Position numbers and translations under genes: made by a program. Shown one piece after another: positions 1 to 9,792 of a stretch of 64,000 bases of DNA. Source of the stretch: a virus. Positions within the stretch are counted from its first letter, which is position 1. Each line of letters starts with the position of its first letter. The notes below the pieces were generated by a model. It searched no databases. It saw only the letters and a list, made by a program, of their open reading frames with translations, and was not told the origin of the DNA. The stretch lies in IMG/VR virus record IMGVR_UViG_3300035698_026135, positions 1 to 64,000 of that record; one strand, 5' to 3'.

Positions 1-3
1 AAT

Positions 4-110
4 TAATATATATATATATATAAGTATAATAATCATATAGTAATATATATATATATATATAAGTATAATAATCATATAGTAATATATATAATAGTATATA
101 TAGTAATATA
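4..110. repeat. AT-rich tandem repeat: two copies of TAA(TA)nT-AAGTATAATAATCATATAG (4-40, 41-79) plus degenerate partial copies
   Basis: Direct reading. The units are 37 and 39 nt and differ only in the number of TA dinucleotides; the region is almost entirely A/T. Confidence 0.9.
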
Positions 111-128
111 CAAAGGAGAACTTAAAGA

Positions 129-299
129 ATGACATTTGAAAAGAAGAAAAAAAGGTTAGTATCAAATACAATTGATCCAGATCTACATGACTGGTACAAA
201 GAATATGCAGCTCATAATCGAAAAAGTGTATCAGGATTATTTAATGATCACATATTTCAGTTATCATGCAGTCTCAATCCAGACAAAGAAATTACTTAG
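129..299 (+). CDS. Small ribbon-helix-helix (CopG/Arc-like) DNA-binding protein, 56 aa (not in ORF track)
   Basis: Manual translation MTFEKKKKRLVSNTIDPDLHDWYKEYAAHNRKSVSGLFNDHIFQLSCSLNPDKEIT. Beta-strand RLVSNTI, helix, turn and SVSGLF helix fit the RHH pattern; SD AAAGGAG at 112-118. Confidence 0.65.
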   Translation: MTFEKKKKRLVSNTIDPDLHDWYKEYAAHNRKSVSGLFNDHIFQLSCSLNPDKEIT

Positions 300-321
300 C
301 TAAAAAATCTCATAAGAATCA

Positions 322-350
322 TTGCATTTGAGAGAGATGCAGACTATCAT
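322..350 (+). promoter_or_regulatory. Sigma70-type promoter upstream of the glycosyltransferase island
   Basis: TTGCAT(322-327)-N17-TATCAT(345-350), followed by GAGGA SD and ATG at 363. Confidence 0.55.
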
Positions 351-362
351 TACGAGGAATAA

Positions 363-1661
363 ATGAATAAAGAAAAAGATAAGAAGTTCACAATCGTTAC
401 CATATCAGATCATCCCTTGGCTTCATCAGGTGTCGGCCTTCAAATGCGTTACATCATTGACCATTTAGTCAAGACTGGCAAATTCAGAATCATTGCGATT
501 GCAGGAGCAATCAAACATAAAGATTATCAACCTCAAAAGTTTGAACAATGGGGAGAAGATGCAGTAATTCTTCCAATTGATGGTTATGGCAACAAAGATT
601 TGATGCGTCAGCTTATCGATATCGAGAAACCAGATGCAGTCTTTTTCATTACAGATCCTCGTTTTTATGGTTGGCTTTGGGAAATGGAAGCAGAAGTTCG
701 TCAACAGTGCCCCTTGATCTATTGGCACGTTTGGGACAATGGGCCATATCCAAAATACAATGAGACCGCTTATAAATCTAATAATTTTATTGGGTGCATC
801 AATAGACTTACTCACAAGTTTTTGTGTGAGAATGGATTTGCAGAGACAACCGAATATATTCCTCACGGCGTTCCAGAAGATGATTATAGACCGCTCCCTC
901 AGAAGGAGATAGATCAAGTACGACGCAATCATATTGGTGTCGACTGGAACGTAGAAGATTACTTTTTGATGTTTTACAACTCAAGAAACGCGCTTCGGAA
1001 ACGTACAGGCAACGGACTCTTTGCGTGGAAATTGTTTCTTGAAAAATTGACACCCGAGGAACGTGCAAAGTGCAGGTTTTGTATGCACACTCCACCCAAA
1101 GACCCAGAAGGACAAGACCTATTTAAGGTTTGCAATGCCCTTGGAGTCGAAAAAAATGTCGGGTTTAGCGCGACCAAAGTCGAGAACTCTGTCATGAATG
1201 AATTTTATCACATGTCCGATGTTACGATTTGTCCTAGTTCAGAGGAGGGTTTTGGTCTCTCGTGTCTTGAGAGCCTAATGGCTGGAACTCCAGTGATTGT
1301 AACCAAGACTGGTGGCCTACAGGACCAAGCGACCGACTGGGATACTGGGGAGGTCTTTGGTCATTGTATCGAGCCGGATGCTCGTTCATTGATCGGTTCG
1401 CAGACAACTCCGTACATTTGGAGTGATCATGTAGATCCACACACTATGGCGGATGCAATCCACGATCTCTATAAGAAGAAGATGGAATTTGGGTCCGAAT
1501 ACAAAGAGAAAGTCGCAGGAACCAAAGCTAGAGAGTCTGTGCGTCGTAGATTTGACCTACCCACGATTCAGAAGCAGTGGGAAAGAATTCTGCTTGAACA
1601 AATCGAGAAATTTAAAACTTCGAAAACAGAGAAACGAGTCATTAGATCTGTGACGCTGTGA
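363..1661 (+). CDS. Glycosyltransferase, GT4/GT-B family
   Basis: N-terminal SDHP..SSGVG; C-terminal RNALRK and PSSEEGFGLSCLESLMAGTPVI (E-x7-E motif). Confidence 0.9.
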   Translation: MNKEKDKKFTIVTISDHPLASSGVGLQMRYIIDHLVKTGKFRIIAIAGAIKHKDYQPQKFEQWGEDAVILPIDGYGNKDLMRQLIDIEKPDAVFFITDPRFYGWLWEMEAEVRQQCPLIYWHVWDNGPYPKYNETAYKSNNFIGCINRLTHKFLCENGFAETTEYIPHGVPEDDYRPLPQKEIDQVRRNHIGVDWNVEDYFLMFYNSRNALRKRTGNGLFAWKLFLEKLTPEERAKCRFCMHTPPKDPEGQDLFKVCNALGVEKNVGFSATKVENSVMNEFYHMSDVTICPSSEEGFGLSCLESLMAGTPVIVTKTGGLQDQATDWDTGEVFGHCIEPDARSLIGSQTTPYIWSDHVDPHTMADAIHDLYKKKMEFGSEYKEKVAGTKARESVRRRFDLPTIQKQWERILLEQIEKFKTSKTEKRVIRSVTL

Positions 1662-1822
1662 GACTTTATAATAAAGAAGAATATGAATTTTCTCTTGATC
1701 TTATTGAAGCTCTAACGAAAAAAGAAGATGGCGAAGAGCTTTCCGAAAAAGAGAAAGACACTCTTAGCAGAGCATCTAATATTGTGATAGAATACGAAGA
1801 GTATATTTTTGGTGAAGAATGA
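1658..1822 (+). CDS. 54-aa protein resembling the N-terminal helical domain of HigA-type antitoxins, with no HTH (not in ORF track)
   Basis: GTG overlaps the upstream TGA and its TGA overlaps the downstream ATG. Translation MRLYNKEEYEFSLDLIEALTKKEDGEELSEKEKDTLSRASNIVIEYEEYIFGEE. Confidence 0.5.
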   Translation: MRLYNKEEYEFSLDLIEALTKKEDGEELSEKEKDTLSRASNIVIEYEEYIFGEE

Positions 1823-2082
1823 AGAGCAACAAAAAAGCGGAGGTACTAATGGAGATGATTAAATCTGATTCGAGTGATTTCGATAGTAAAATGCTTTACC
1901 TCCTTGAGATGCAAAAAAACTTGGCCAGTCAAATGATAGGCATCGTAGAACATAAGGGCGATCTTAAACAAAAAGAGGTTGATAAGACACTCTCTTACTG
2001 TTTGCGCCAATTAACACACGGTATCGACGTTGTTGTCGAATACCTTCAGGACAGAATAGAAAAAGGCTATGGAGTAAATTAG
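1819..2082 (+). CDS. Hypothetical protein
   Basis: 87-aa ORF translationally coupled to both neighbours. Confidence 0.6.
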   Translation: MKSNKKAEVLMEMIKSDSSDFDSKMLYLLEMQKNLASQMIGIVEHKGDLKQKEVDKTLSYCLRQLTHGIDVVVEYLQDRIEKGYGVN

Positions 2083-4338
2083 ATGATTAACGGAAAAATT
2101 TTAGTTCACATTCGCGCACCCTTCCTCTCGCTGTCTGGGTATGGAGTTCACGCCCGACAGATTATAGATTATTTTCTTCAGGACGATAGATTCATCGTTG
2201 CGGGAGAGTCTATTAATTGGGGACATTGCCCATATATTCACAACCACCCAAAACAAGGCGAATATTATCAGGCACGTCAGAGATACGAAGAGGCAAAACA
2301 AAAGAATTTTGAATTTGATCTATCTGTCCATGTGACCATTCCAAACGAGTTTGTAAGAACTGCAACTGTGAACATCGGCGTCACGGCCGGAATTGAAGTT
2401 AATCAATGTACTCACCACTGGCTTGAAAAATGCGAAGAGATGGACATGATTGTTGTCCCAAGCGAGTTTTCAAAAACCGTTCTCTCTTCGACTGTCGCTG
2501 AATGGAAGAATATAGAAACTGGCGAGCAAGGCGTTAAAAGAATTACAAAACCAATTCATGTGATTCATGAATGGTTTGAAAAACCAGAAGAGCTTTCGGA
2601 TCAAATTCTTGATATGAAGTTCAATACAGAGAAAAATCTCCTTCATGTGGGCCAATGGGGCACAAAAGGCGGGTTTGGAGAGGATCGCAAGAACATTGCG
2701 GACCTTATTAAATATTTTTATGAATCTTTCAAGGATCGCTCTGATGTCGGACTTATCCTAAAAGCGAGCATCGTTTCCAATTCTGAGAAGGATTTCGAGG
2801 AACTTCAGAACAGAATCGGCCAAATTAAGAACAATTTTGCTGATGCCAAGTGTAAAGTTCACATTATTCACGACACCCTGACGAGACAAGAGATGTTTAG
2901 TCTCTATTCTCATCCTCAGATTCTCGGTTTTGTCTCGCTAACTCACGGAGAAGGGTATGGTCTGCCATTACTTGAGGCTGCGTCTTGTGGGCTCCCTGTT
3001 ATTGCAACGAATTGGTCTGGTCATCTAGATTTCCTTCGTCCCAAGAAAGGATTTCTACCTCTCGAATTTGATCTCATCCAAGTTCCCGAATGTCAAGTAT
3101 GGGCAGGCGTCATCGACAAAGAAGCCAAGTGGGCCAAAGTAAGAGAGAAGGACGCCAAGCGCGTCATGAAGAAATTTGTAGACAAAGCAGGCCCCGTAAA
3201 AGAAAAGGCTCTAGCAAGTGTCGCTTGGATCGATGAGAACTTCAGTAGAGAGGCAATTCTAAAAGATTGGAAAACTTTTATTGATAAAATCGTTGTCGAA
3301 AACCCTTCCAAAGATGCACCGACAAACAAAGAAGAACAGTATCGAGCTGATAAAAAATCTGCCTCCGAACAACTAAGAGAGAAGTTTGGAATCAAAGATA
3401 ACGGAAAAGAGAAGGTTATCTATATTATGCCCCAGTCAGCAGGCGATGTCCTGATTTCTACTGCTATCATTGAGCCCCTAATGAAGAATAGACATAGAGA
3501 TTCTGACTTTTATTTTGCTACGGCACCCCAATATCAAGAGCTATTAGAAGAGATTCCAGGCATTAACGTTATCGATTATCAACAAGAAATGATGCATATG
3601 GAGCTAATGGCAGATGTCTTCGATGTTGTATACAGCCCAGGAATCAATGTTCAATATTCCTTCTCGAATTGGCGCCTCGGAAACGGAATGTATGGCAACC
3701 TCCTTCTTGACGAATTTGCAAAAAACTGCAACATCTTCCCGAAAGAGATCGGCGACTACAATGCCGTCCCTAAAGAGTGTACTCTTCCAGATGGCGATTA
3801 TGTAACGTTCACTCCTGGTGGATCCAAGAGTGCGAAAGACTACGCATTTTGGGATGATGTTATCTCAAATTTCAAATCGAGCTTTCCTGAACTCAAGATC
3901 GTTCAAACCGGCCTCGACACAGAAAAGCTCTACAATGGAGTTGTTGATTATAGAGGCAAGACACTTAGGGAATCTCTCTACCTCGTCAAGAATGCTCAAC
4001 TACACTTCGGAGTAGAGACCTATACGTCACACGCCGCTGCGGCTTCTCTGACGCCGTACCTTGCACTCTATGGTAATACCGACCTGAACAACGTACAGCC
4101 GCGCCAACTCAGAGGAAAGCGGCCTCTCGGAGTTCTAATTGAGACCTCTGACAGGAACGGTTGCAAGGATGCGTGTTTCAAGGACGTTTGTTCGAACACT
4201 AAAAACGGAATGAATTGCATTTCCAACATTGATCCAAAATCGATTTGGGCCGCACTGATTGGTATGGTAGAACAAATAAATAAAGACGAAAAAGAAGATG
4301 CCGCACTCGTGGCAAAAGAAGCAGGAGCATTTCAATGA
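2083..4338 (+). CDS. Two-domain glycosyltransferase: N-terminal GT4-like plus C-terminal GT9 (heptosyltransferase-like)
   Basis: N-half: SGYGVHAR, RKN, EGYGLPLLEAASCGLPVI. C-half (from ~3410): SAGDVLISTA, GSKSAKDY, KTLRESLYLVKNAQLHFGVETYTSHAAAA..ALYG, and a Cys4 tail. Confidence 0.85.
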   Translation: MINGKILVHIRAPFLSLSGYGVHARQIIDYFLQDDRFIVAGESINWGHCPYIHNHPKQGEYYQARQRYEEAKQKNFEFDLSVHVTIPNEFVRTATVNIGVTAGIEVNQCTHHWLEKCEEMDMIVVPSEFSKTVLSSTVAEWKNIETGEQGVKRITKPIHVIHEWFEKPEELSDQILDMKFNTEKNLLHVGQWGTKGGFGEDRKNIADLIKYFYESFKDRSDVGLILKASIVSNSEKDFEELQNRIGQIKNNFADAKCKVHIIHDTLTRQEMFSLYSHPQILGFVSLTHGEGYGLPLLEAASCGLPVIATNWSGHLDFLRPKKGFLPLEFDLIQVPECQVWAGVIDKEAKWAKVREKDAKRVMKKFVDKAGPVKEKALASVAWIDENFSREAILKDWKTFIDKIVVENPSKDAPTNKEEQYRADKKSASEQLREKFGIKDNGKEKVIYIMPQSAGDVLISTAIIEPLMKNRHRDSDFYFATAPQYQELLEEIPGINVIDYQQEMMHMELMADVFDVVYSPGINVQYSFSNWRLGNGMYGNLLLDEFAKNCNIFPKEIGDYNAVPKECTLPDGDYVTFTPGGSKSAKDYAFWDDVISNFKSSFPELKIVQTGLDTEKLYNGVVDYRGKTLRESLYLVKNAQLHFGVETYTSHAAAASLTPYLALYGNTDLNNVQPRQLRGKRPLGVLIETSDRNGCKDACFKDVCSNTKNGMNCISNIDPKSIWAALIGMVEQINKDEKEDAALVAKEAGAFQ

Positions 4339-5297
4339 CAATTAAAATAAATTATGATCACAAATTTAAAGAAGGCTATCCTTCTATCGATGCCTATACT
4401 ACAACATATAACTGCTTGTCTGGGAAATATCCGTTCAGGGAAGCTATACGTTCATTCGCCTGGGCAGACAATCTTATCGTACTCGACGGAGGCAGTTCCG
4501 ATGGAACAAGAGAGGCATTAGATAAATTAAAAGAGGAGATCGGCGACCACATGGAAATTGTGGATATGCCCATCGACGAAGAAGATCCAGGAAAAGACGG
4601 AGCACAAAAGGCAATGGCTAGAGCAATGTGCTCGTCAGAGTTCTGTCTACAGTTTGATGCAGACGAGATTTGCGGAAAAGATTGCGAAACAAAATTCAAG
4701 AAGCTCGCAAAGAAATGTCCCTCAAATGTAAACGTTCTCTCGCTCCCCATCTTTGAGCATTGGGGTCCAGCTGAAGACTGGAACCTTAGAACAGATAGAC
4801 ACATTTGGAAGTGGCGCTTGAGTAGGAATTTGCCAGAAATTACACACGGCATCCCTGCGCAAGATCGTCTTGAACTCGACGGAAAAGTCTACTCAAAGGG
4901 CGGATCTGATGGATGTTTTCCTCTGAATATTGTCAACAATCAATTGATTCCAAATCACTTTCCAAACAATTGGATGAATGAGACCCTGGAGGGCGCCAGA
5001 ACATCAGGAGACCTTGTGAAATATAAGGAGATTCTAGAGAAAGTATTCAGCGATCTTCCATACGTCAAACATTACTCCTGGACAAACATCGAACAAAAGC
5101 TCACAATGTTAAGAGGGCCATGGAACAAGCTTTGGTGCGAACTCTACAATAAGGATCCAGAGTCCCCTGACAGCAATGATTATTTTGACGTAGCTTGGAA
5201 GGATGTAACCGACGATATGATTAAAGATAAAGCGATCGAACTATTGGCCCAGGGAGGACAATCTCCTGCACCCTTGCTTAACCTAAAGGTAGAATAA
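4335..5297 (+). CDS. Glycosyltransferase, GT2/GT-A family
   Basis: IVLDGGSSDGT and QFDADE (DxD) motifs. Confidence 0.85.
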   Translation: MTIKINYDHKFKEGYPSIDAYTTTYNCLSGKYPFREAIRSFAWADNLIVLDGGSSDGTREALDKLKEEIGDHMEIVDMPIDEEDPGKDGAQKAMARAMCSSEFCLQFDADEICGKDCETKFKKLAKKCPSNVNVLSLPIFEHWGPAEDWNLRTDRHIWKWRLSRNLPEITHGIPAQDRLELDGKVYSKGGSDGCFPLNIVNNQLIPNHFPNNWMNETLEGARTSGDLVKYKEILEKVFSDLPYVKHYSWTNIEQKLTMLRGPWNKLWCELYNKDPESPDSNDYFDVAWKDVTDDMIKDKAIELLAQGGQSPAPLLNLKVE

Positions 5298-5298
5298 A

Positions 5299-5490
5299 AT
5301 GGAAGAAGAACTCTTCACAGAGGCCCCCAAAACAACGCTTAATTCTAATATGATCATGCTTACTTGCATATCTAAGTTTAGAGAAGACTATAGGATGCTT
5401 TATCCGAACGATGTAAAAATCAACAAACAAATAACGGAGCTTCTGCACTCGATTGCGTGGAAGATAAAGAATCTAGAAGATCGTAAATAA
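5299..5490 (+). CDS. Hypothetical protein
   Basis: 63-aa ORF filling the operon; no recognised motif. Confidence 0.5.
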   Translation: MEEELFTEAPKTTLNSNMIMLTCISKFREDYRMLYPNDVKINKQITELLHSIAWKIKNLEDRK

Positions 5491-5627
5491 TGTCAAAAGT
5501 CATTCATTTCATGTCTCCTGTAAATCTCGTATCTTACTGTAGATTGGAGTTTAAAGATAGTAGTGAAGAAAATTGAGGAAGCAGAAAATATAAAAGATTT
5601 TTAGAGATAGAGGAAATGATTAAATAA
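5490..5627 (+). pseudogene. Interrupted mini-ORF, possibly a homing-endonuclease remnant
   Basis: A 46-codon frame runs from a TAATG overlap to a TAATG overlap with an in-frame TGA at 5574-5576; it ends ...RKYKRFLEIEEMIK. Confidence 0.3.
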
Positions 5628-6628
5628 TGCTAAAAATACTATTGAATTTTTATCATCCTGTCAGTTTTGATTTGGCAATAACCCTAAACAAGCTCGGCCA
5701 CAACGTAACGCTTTCTGTTGATATTAGTGTTGCTGACCATTATGGAAAATGGAGCGACGTACTATTGAAGGCACAAAAAGAACATAAAGAATTCGACTCC
5801 ATTTCGCTCAATCAAGCAGCGCTATTTATCAAAAATAAAAAATATGACTTGGTTGGTTTTGATGGTCCGTCAAAATCCGACAAACTCCTTGCGGAAGTGT
5901 GTAAAAAATGTAACGTTCCATTTTTCAACATTGTAGGATATCCAGGCACACCAGATAAAGAGTCTGAAAATCTTCTATCTTTTGGTTGGTTTACGCCAAC
6001 AATTCAATATATTCAAAAAAATCCATCAGAAGGGCACAAAAAACAGATAGATTGGAAGAATATAGCCGAAAAAGGCCGATCTGACATGAAGAATTTTTGT
6101 GTGTTTTGCCCCAATTTTTGGAAAATTAAGAAAACAATATTTGAAGATAATTACAGATTTTTTTCGGAAACTAGAATAATTAGCGGAATTCAGAGATATA
6201 AAGAGTGTAATGAGTACTGTTATGAAGTGTTCGAAAAATTAAAGGAAGATTTGAAGGATTTTTCGATTGATAACATAGAAGGAGAACCAAATGACGTATT
6301 TCAATCGAAATTAAGTCACTCCTCTGCTTTGATCCACTGCAAGGCTCAAGACCAACCCGGCATAGTTCTCCTTGAAGCCCTAATCATGGGAAAACCCGTT
6401 TATACAATGTCCTCCTTCGTCTATTCCTCCTTCAATCAAGACATTTTGATCGATGGATTTAACGCAATAGTTGCAGATTCATATGACGAACTCGTGATGA
6501 GAATAAGGGCGGAACACAACACTTTCGATAGACAGAAGATAGTTGATCACGCTCTTATGATGACGAGCTTCAAGAGACAAAAGGGTAAGATGGAAAGGTT
6601 TTTGAATAGGTGTGTAGATGGAAGTTAA
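5627..6628 (+). CDS. Divergent GT-B (GT4-like) glycosyltransferase
   Basis: C-terminal DQPGIVLLEALIMGKPV and DILIDGFNAIV resemble the GT4 nucleotide-binding region. Confidence 0.65.
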   Translation: MLKILLNFYHPVSFDLAITLNKLGHNVTLSVDISVADHYGKWSDVLLKAQKEHKEFDSISLNQAALFIKNKKYDLVGFDGPSKSDKLLAEVCKKCNVPFFNIVGYPGTPDKESENLLSFGWFTPTIQYIQKNPSEGHKKQIDWKNIAEKGRSDMKNFCVFCPNFWKIKKTIFEDNYRFFSETRIISGIQRYKECNEYCYEVFEKLKEDLKDFSIDNIEGEPNDVFQSKLSHSSALIHCKAQDQPGIVLLEALIMGKPVYTMSSFVYSSFNQDILIDGFNAIVADSYDELVMRIRAEHNTFDRQKIVDHALMMTSFKRQKGKMERFLNRCVDGS

Positions 6629-6818
6629 ACTCAAAAAAAGAAAAGAGAGAGATCACCTCTTATATATTGTTGAATATATAGCCTTCCTTCTGGATAACGA
6701 AAAATACGACGCCGCCATCGCGGTTGGACTTAGGAATAGCTGCAACATCGGAGAGATGTGTAGGGGTCGAGCCAAAACGGCAAAAGGATACAGATGGAGA
6801 TTCGCAAATGAAGCCTGA
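6618..6818 (+). pseudogene. Miniature homing-endonuclease remnant retaining a NUMOD1 C-terminus
   Basis: NIGEMCRGRAKTAKGYRWRF is a NUMOD1-type motif; no nuclease core in 66 aa. Confidence 0.6.
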
Positions 6819-7845
6819 AAATTTATGTTTATTGAACGCATCAAATCCTATTAATATAGAAAAAGAATCCGATGTTTATGTAGACTATCGCAAAGGTCCG
6901 TCTTCATATTTTGAGGGCAATAAGATGGTGAAAAAGGCGATTTCCTGGCACTCCATCCCAGCGTCGTTTTCAAGCGAATTTTTCGTCTATAAAAAGACTG
7001 GCTGGCAAGAATCCTTAAAATATGACCACGTTTTGGTCGGAATTAAAGATGATCCAGGTGCGGTTATACCGCTTATCAAAAAATTAAAATTAATGAAGAA
7101 AATTGTCGGGGTTTTTTACCACGAAAACCAGGACTACTTCTCTCTCCAGGCACAGAATCTACAGTGGTTAAAAGCAATGAAAGTTGCGTGCGATAAAGCA
7201 GACTATTTCTGGAACTCAAACATCCCTGCTCATGACTTTTTTGCGTCATTGATCGATAGGCCAGTTTTCTCTTGTTGGCTAGGATTTCCTTATGGCATTT
7301 GGGACCACGATTTCTCCGTTCCAGAAGAGAATCGAGAGGGTATTATTATAGGAACCAGGACCCTGTCTCAACAACTCAGAAGAAATTCTATTTTTGCGAT
7401 AGGAATAGTCAACAAGGTTGCCGAGAATCTTGGCGTTCCTGTCACATATTTTTCAGAAGACGGAATTGCAACAAAAGACCTTCAAGAAATTTTTAAAGAT
7501 ATGGGAATAGGAAACACGAGAATCATCCCTGGTCCTGTGAGCTACGAGGATTGGCTCAAATTGATTGCGGTTCACAAGGTGATGGTCCACGCCGATAGCT
7601 CTGGAACGGTGGGACAGGTCGTAGGAGACGCCGCAATGGTGAATGTTCCGTGTGTTGGGGGTATGACCACCAATAATCTGTTGCTTGGAACAGCATCAAG
7701 TCTCGACAGCCTTTCTGCCCTAGTTGCGGAGGCATACGAGAACCCAGGAAGAGCTGATTTAGAGAAGTTCAAGAAGGGAACAAGCCTAGAATCACTGAAA
7801 AAAGAGCACGAAAACACCCTTTTTCCCATGATTAAGGCGAAATAA
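6808..7845 (+). CDS. Divergent GT-B glycosyltransferase-like protein, paralog of 10200-11228 (start moved to ATG 6808)
   Basis: Shares LxNASNP, WHSIP, IPLIKKLKLM, YHE, RRN and GQV..DAA...V.CVGG with 10200-11228; the C-terminus resembles the GT4 donor-binding motif. Confidence 0.6.
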   Translation: MKPENLCLLNASNPINIEKESDVYVDYRKGPSSYFEGNKMVKKAISWHSIPASFSSEFFVYKKTGWQESLKYDHVLVGIKDDPGAVIPLIKKLKLMKKIVGVFYHENQDYFSLQAQNLQWLKAMKVACDKADYFWNSNIPAHDFFASLIDRPVFSCWLGFPYGIWDHDFSVPEENREGIIIGTRTLSQQLRRNSIFAIGIVNKVAENLGVPVTYFSEDGIATKDLQEIFKDMGIGNTRIIPGPVSYEDWLKLIAVHKVMVHADSSGTVGQVVGDAAMVNVPCVGGMTTNNLLLGTASSLDSLSALVAEAYENPGRADLEKFKKGTSLESLKKEHENTLFPMIKAK

Positions 7846-8576
7846 TGCTAAAAACTATCAGTTTTGGCGGTTTAGGCGACGCATTTATCGTTTCTTTAAA
7901 GCTAGACCAGCTCCGAAGAGAGAGGGAGTGCGACATCAGACACCTCTTCGTTGAGTCAAATGAGGCCGCCTGTGGCCTAATAAAAGAGTTTGCGCGCGGA
8001 CATCACGACGTTTTGTGCGATTCGGACTACCAAAGTAACTATTTTAAGGGACAATATCAAGATTATCGAGCAATAAACACGACCTGGCATGGACAATACG
8101 AATTCCCTGGCCCTGACGGTATACAGCTAACCGATAAATTTGCAAAGCTTGACAGCAAAAAAGAAAAGGTTTATGATATATGCATGCAAGTATCTGCTGG
8201 TGCCTCATCTTCTAGGCACTGGAAGTTTTCTAATTTGTTAAAATTTAGAGACATGCTTGTAGCTAGAGGTCTTAAAGTGGCACTTGTCGGAACCGACCCC
8301 AAATATTACGAAAGAGATAATGAGTCAAACTTTGTTTGCAAAACAGATTTGTGGGGCTCGATAGACGTGGTTGAAAAGTCGAAATTCTTCGTCGGTCTCT
8401 CTGGCTTCTTGTCGTTCACGGCCCTGAGCAAGAGTATTCCAACGATACATTTTCAAATAAGTAAAAAACATAACGATCATTATGTCCATCCGTCCTGGGA
8501 AGATAACATTTTTAACATTAAAATAGGCTCCGCTTCGGATGTGATCTCTGGTCTTAACTCGTTTGGCATTTTATGA
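7845..8576 (+). CDS. GT9-like glycosyltransferase
   Basis: N-terminal GGLGDAF, then GASSSRHW and KTDLWGSIDVVEKSKFFVGLSGFLS, matching the GT9 layout. Confidence 0.6.
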   Translation: MLKTISFGGLGDAFIVSLKLDQLRRERECDIRHLFVESNEAACGLIKEFARGHHDVLCDSDYQSNYFKGQYQDYRAINTTWHGQYEFPGPDGIQLTDKFAKLDSKKEKVYDICMQVSAGASSSRHWKFSNLLKFRDMLVARGLKVALVGTDPKYYERDNESNFVCKTDLWGSIDVVEKSKFFVGLSGFLSFTALSKSIPTIHFQISKKHNDHYVHPSWEDNIFNIKIGSASDVISGLNSFGIL

Positions 8577-9247
8577 TTTGTATTATTTGCAAAGAAGTCA
8601 CCCAACCCTGCTCTTTTTCTGAGAATCACAGCTATTGCGCCTCCTGTGATACGATCTCTCAAAACGACAAAAAGATATCTGTCAATTATGACGACAAATA
8701 TGTAAATCAATACAACCTTTACCATACAACAAGGATGATGTCTCTCTTGAGGTACGGCTACGTTCTAGGTGCGACGGGCGAACAGAAAAAAAAGCGTTCT
8801 ATTTTAGACATAGGTTTTGGAAACGGCGACTTTTTGAAGGTGGCAAAGCATTCTGGGTGGGATGTTTTCGGCCACGACGTAGAAAAACGAGGACTAGCAG
8901 ATATCAAAGAGCTAGATAGAGAACAAATCCAGCACTTCCACTTTGACGTAATAACGTTTTTTGATAGTTTGGAACACTTTGAGGATCCTACGATAGCAAA
9001 TGATCTTAGCGCAAACCATATTATTGTCTCGTGTCCCCTAAAACCACATAACGACCCGTCGCTACTTGATTGGAAACACTGGAAAGAGGGCGAACATCTT
9101 TATCACTTTGGTATACCGGGATTATTGAAGCTGTTTTCTGATTATTCTTATGTTTCTCACTGTTTTGTTGAGGATACAATAAGAGGAAAAATCGATGATA
9201 AGGATAATATTTTAACTATAAGTTTAAAAAGGAGAATTCAGATATGA
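8573..9247 (+). CDS. Class I SAM-dependent methyltransferase with N-terminal CxxC..CxxC
   Basis: SILDIGFGNGDFL motif I; FDVITFFDSLEHF; EHLYHF. Confidence 0.85.
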   Translation: MICIICKEVTQPCSFSENHSYCASCDTISQNDKKISVNYDDKYVNQYNLYHTTRMMSLLRYGYVLGATGEQKKKRSILDIGFGNGDFLKVAKHSGWDVFGHDVEKRGLADIKELDREQIQHFHFDVITFFDSLEHFEDPTIANDLSANHIIVSCPLKPHNDPSLLDWKHWKEGEHLYHFGIPGLLKLFSDYSYVSHCFVEDTIRGKIDDKDNILTISLKRRIQI

Positions 9248-9792
9248 AAATTAATTTAGGCTGCGGGACGGACTATAGAGAAGGCTATATTAATGTAGAT
9301 TTTTCAACGGTTGCATCAGACCAATCTGAAATCAAACTTGATTTGAACCACGATATGAGATCTGGCCTGCCATGGAAAGATGGAGAGGTAGATGAGATCG
9401 TATTTAGAGAGACTCTTGAGCACTTCAATCGACTTGATGGTTTTGAGGTCTTAAAAGAGATTTATAGGGTCCTTAAACCAGACGGAAAACTTAATTTATC
9501 TGTTCCAAATTCGGTAAGACAATTAAAGCTCCTTTTGGCTCACTCGAATAGGCCTGTTACGTTCAAAGAATTTTTGGACCCGCATTCTCCACCCTGGGGA
9601 TACTTCAAATATCACGAAGATTTGATGGGGGCCACACATAGAACGCTGATAGATGGAGTGGACCTCAAACAGGGAGATAGCCACAAGTCGCTTTATACAA
9701 AAAACGCCCTGCGAATGGTGTTGAAGGCCATCGGTTTTAGCATAGATTCTTTTGAGGAAGGCAGCAGCCTTTACGTCATTGCAAGAAGGTAG
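9244..9792 (+). CDS. Class I SAM-dependent methyltransferase
   Basis: KINLGCG, LEHF, EIYRVLKPDG.L..SVP. Confidence 0.85.
   Translation: MKINLGCGTDYREGYINVDFSTVASDQSEIKLDLNHDMRSGLPWKDGEVDEIVFRETLEHFNRLDGFEVLKEIYRVLKPDGKLNLSVPNSVRQLKLLLAHSNRPVTFKEFLDPHSPPWGYFKYHEDLMGATHRTLIDGVDLKQGDSHKSLYTKNALRMVLKAIGFSIDSFEEGSSLYVIARR

Noticed and set aside
4-110. CRISPR array
   Set aside because: The repeats are adjacent without unique spacers, and no cas genes are present.
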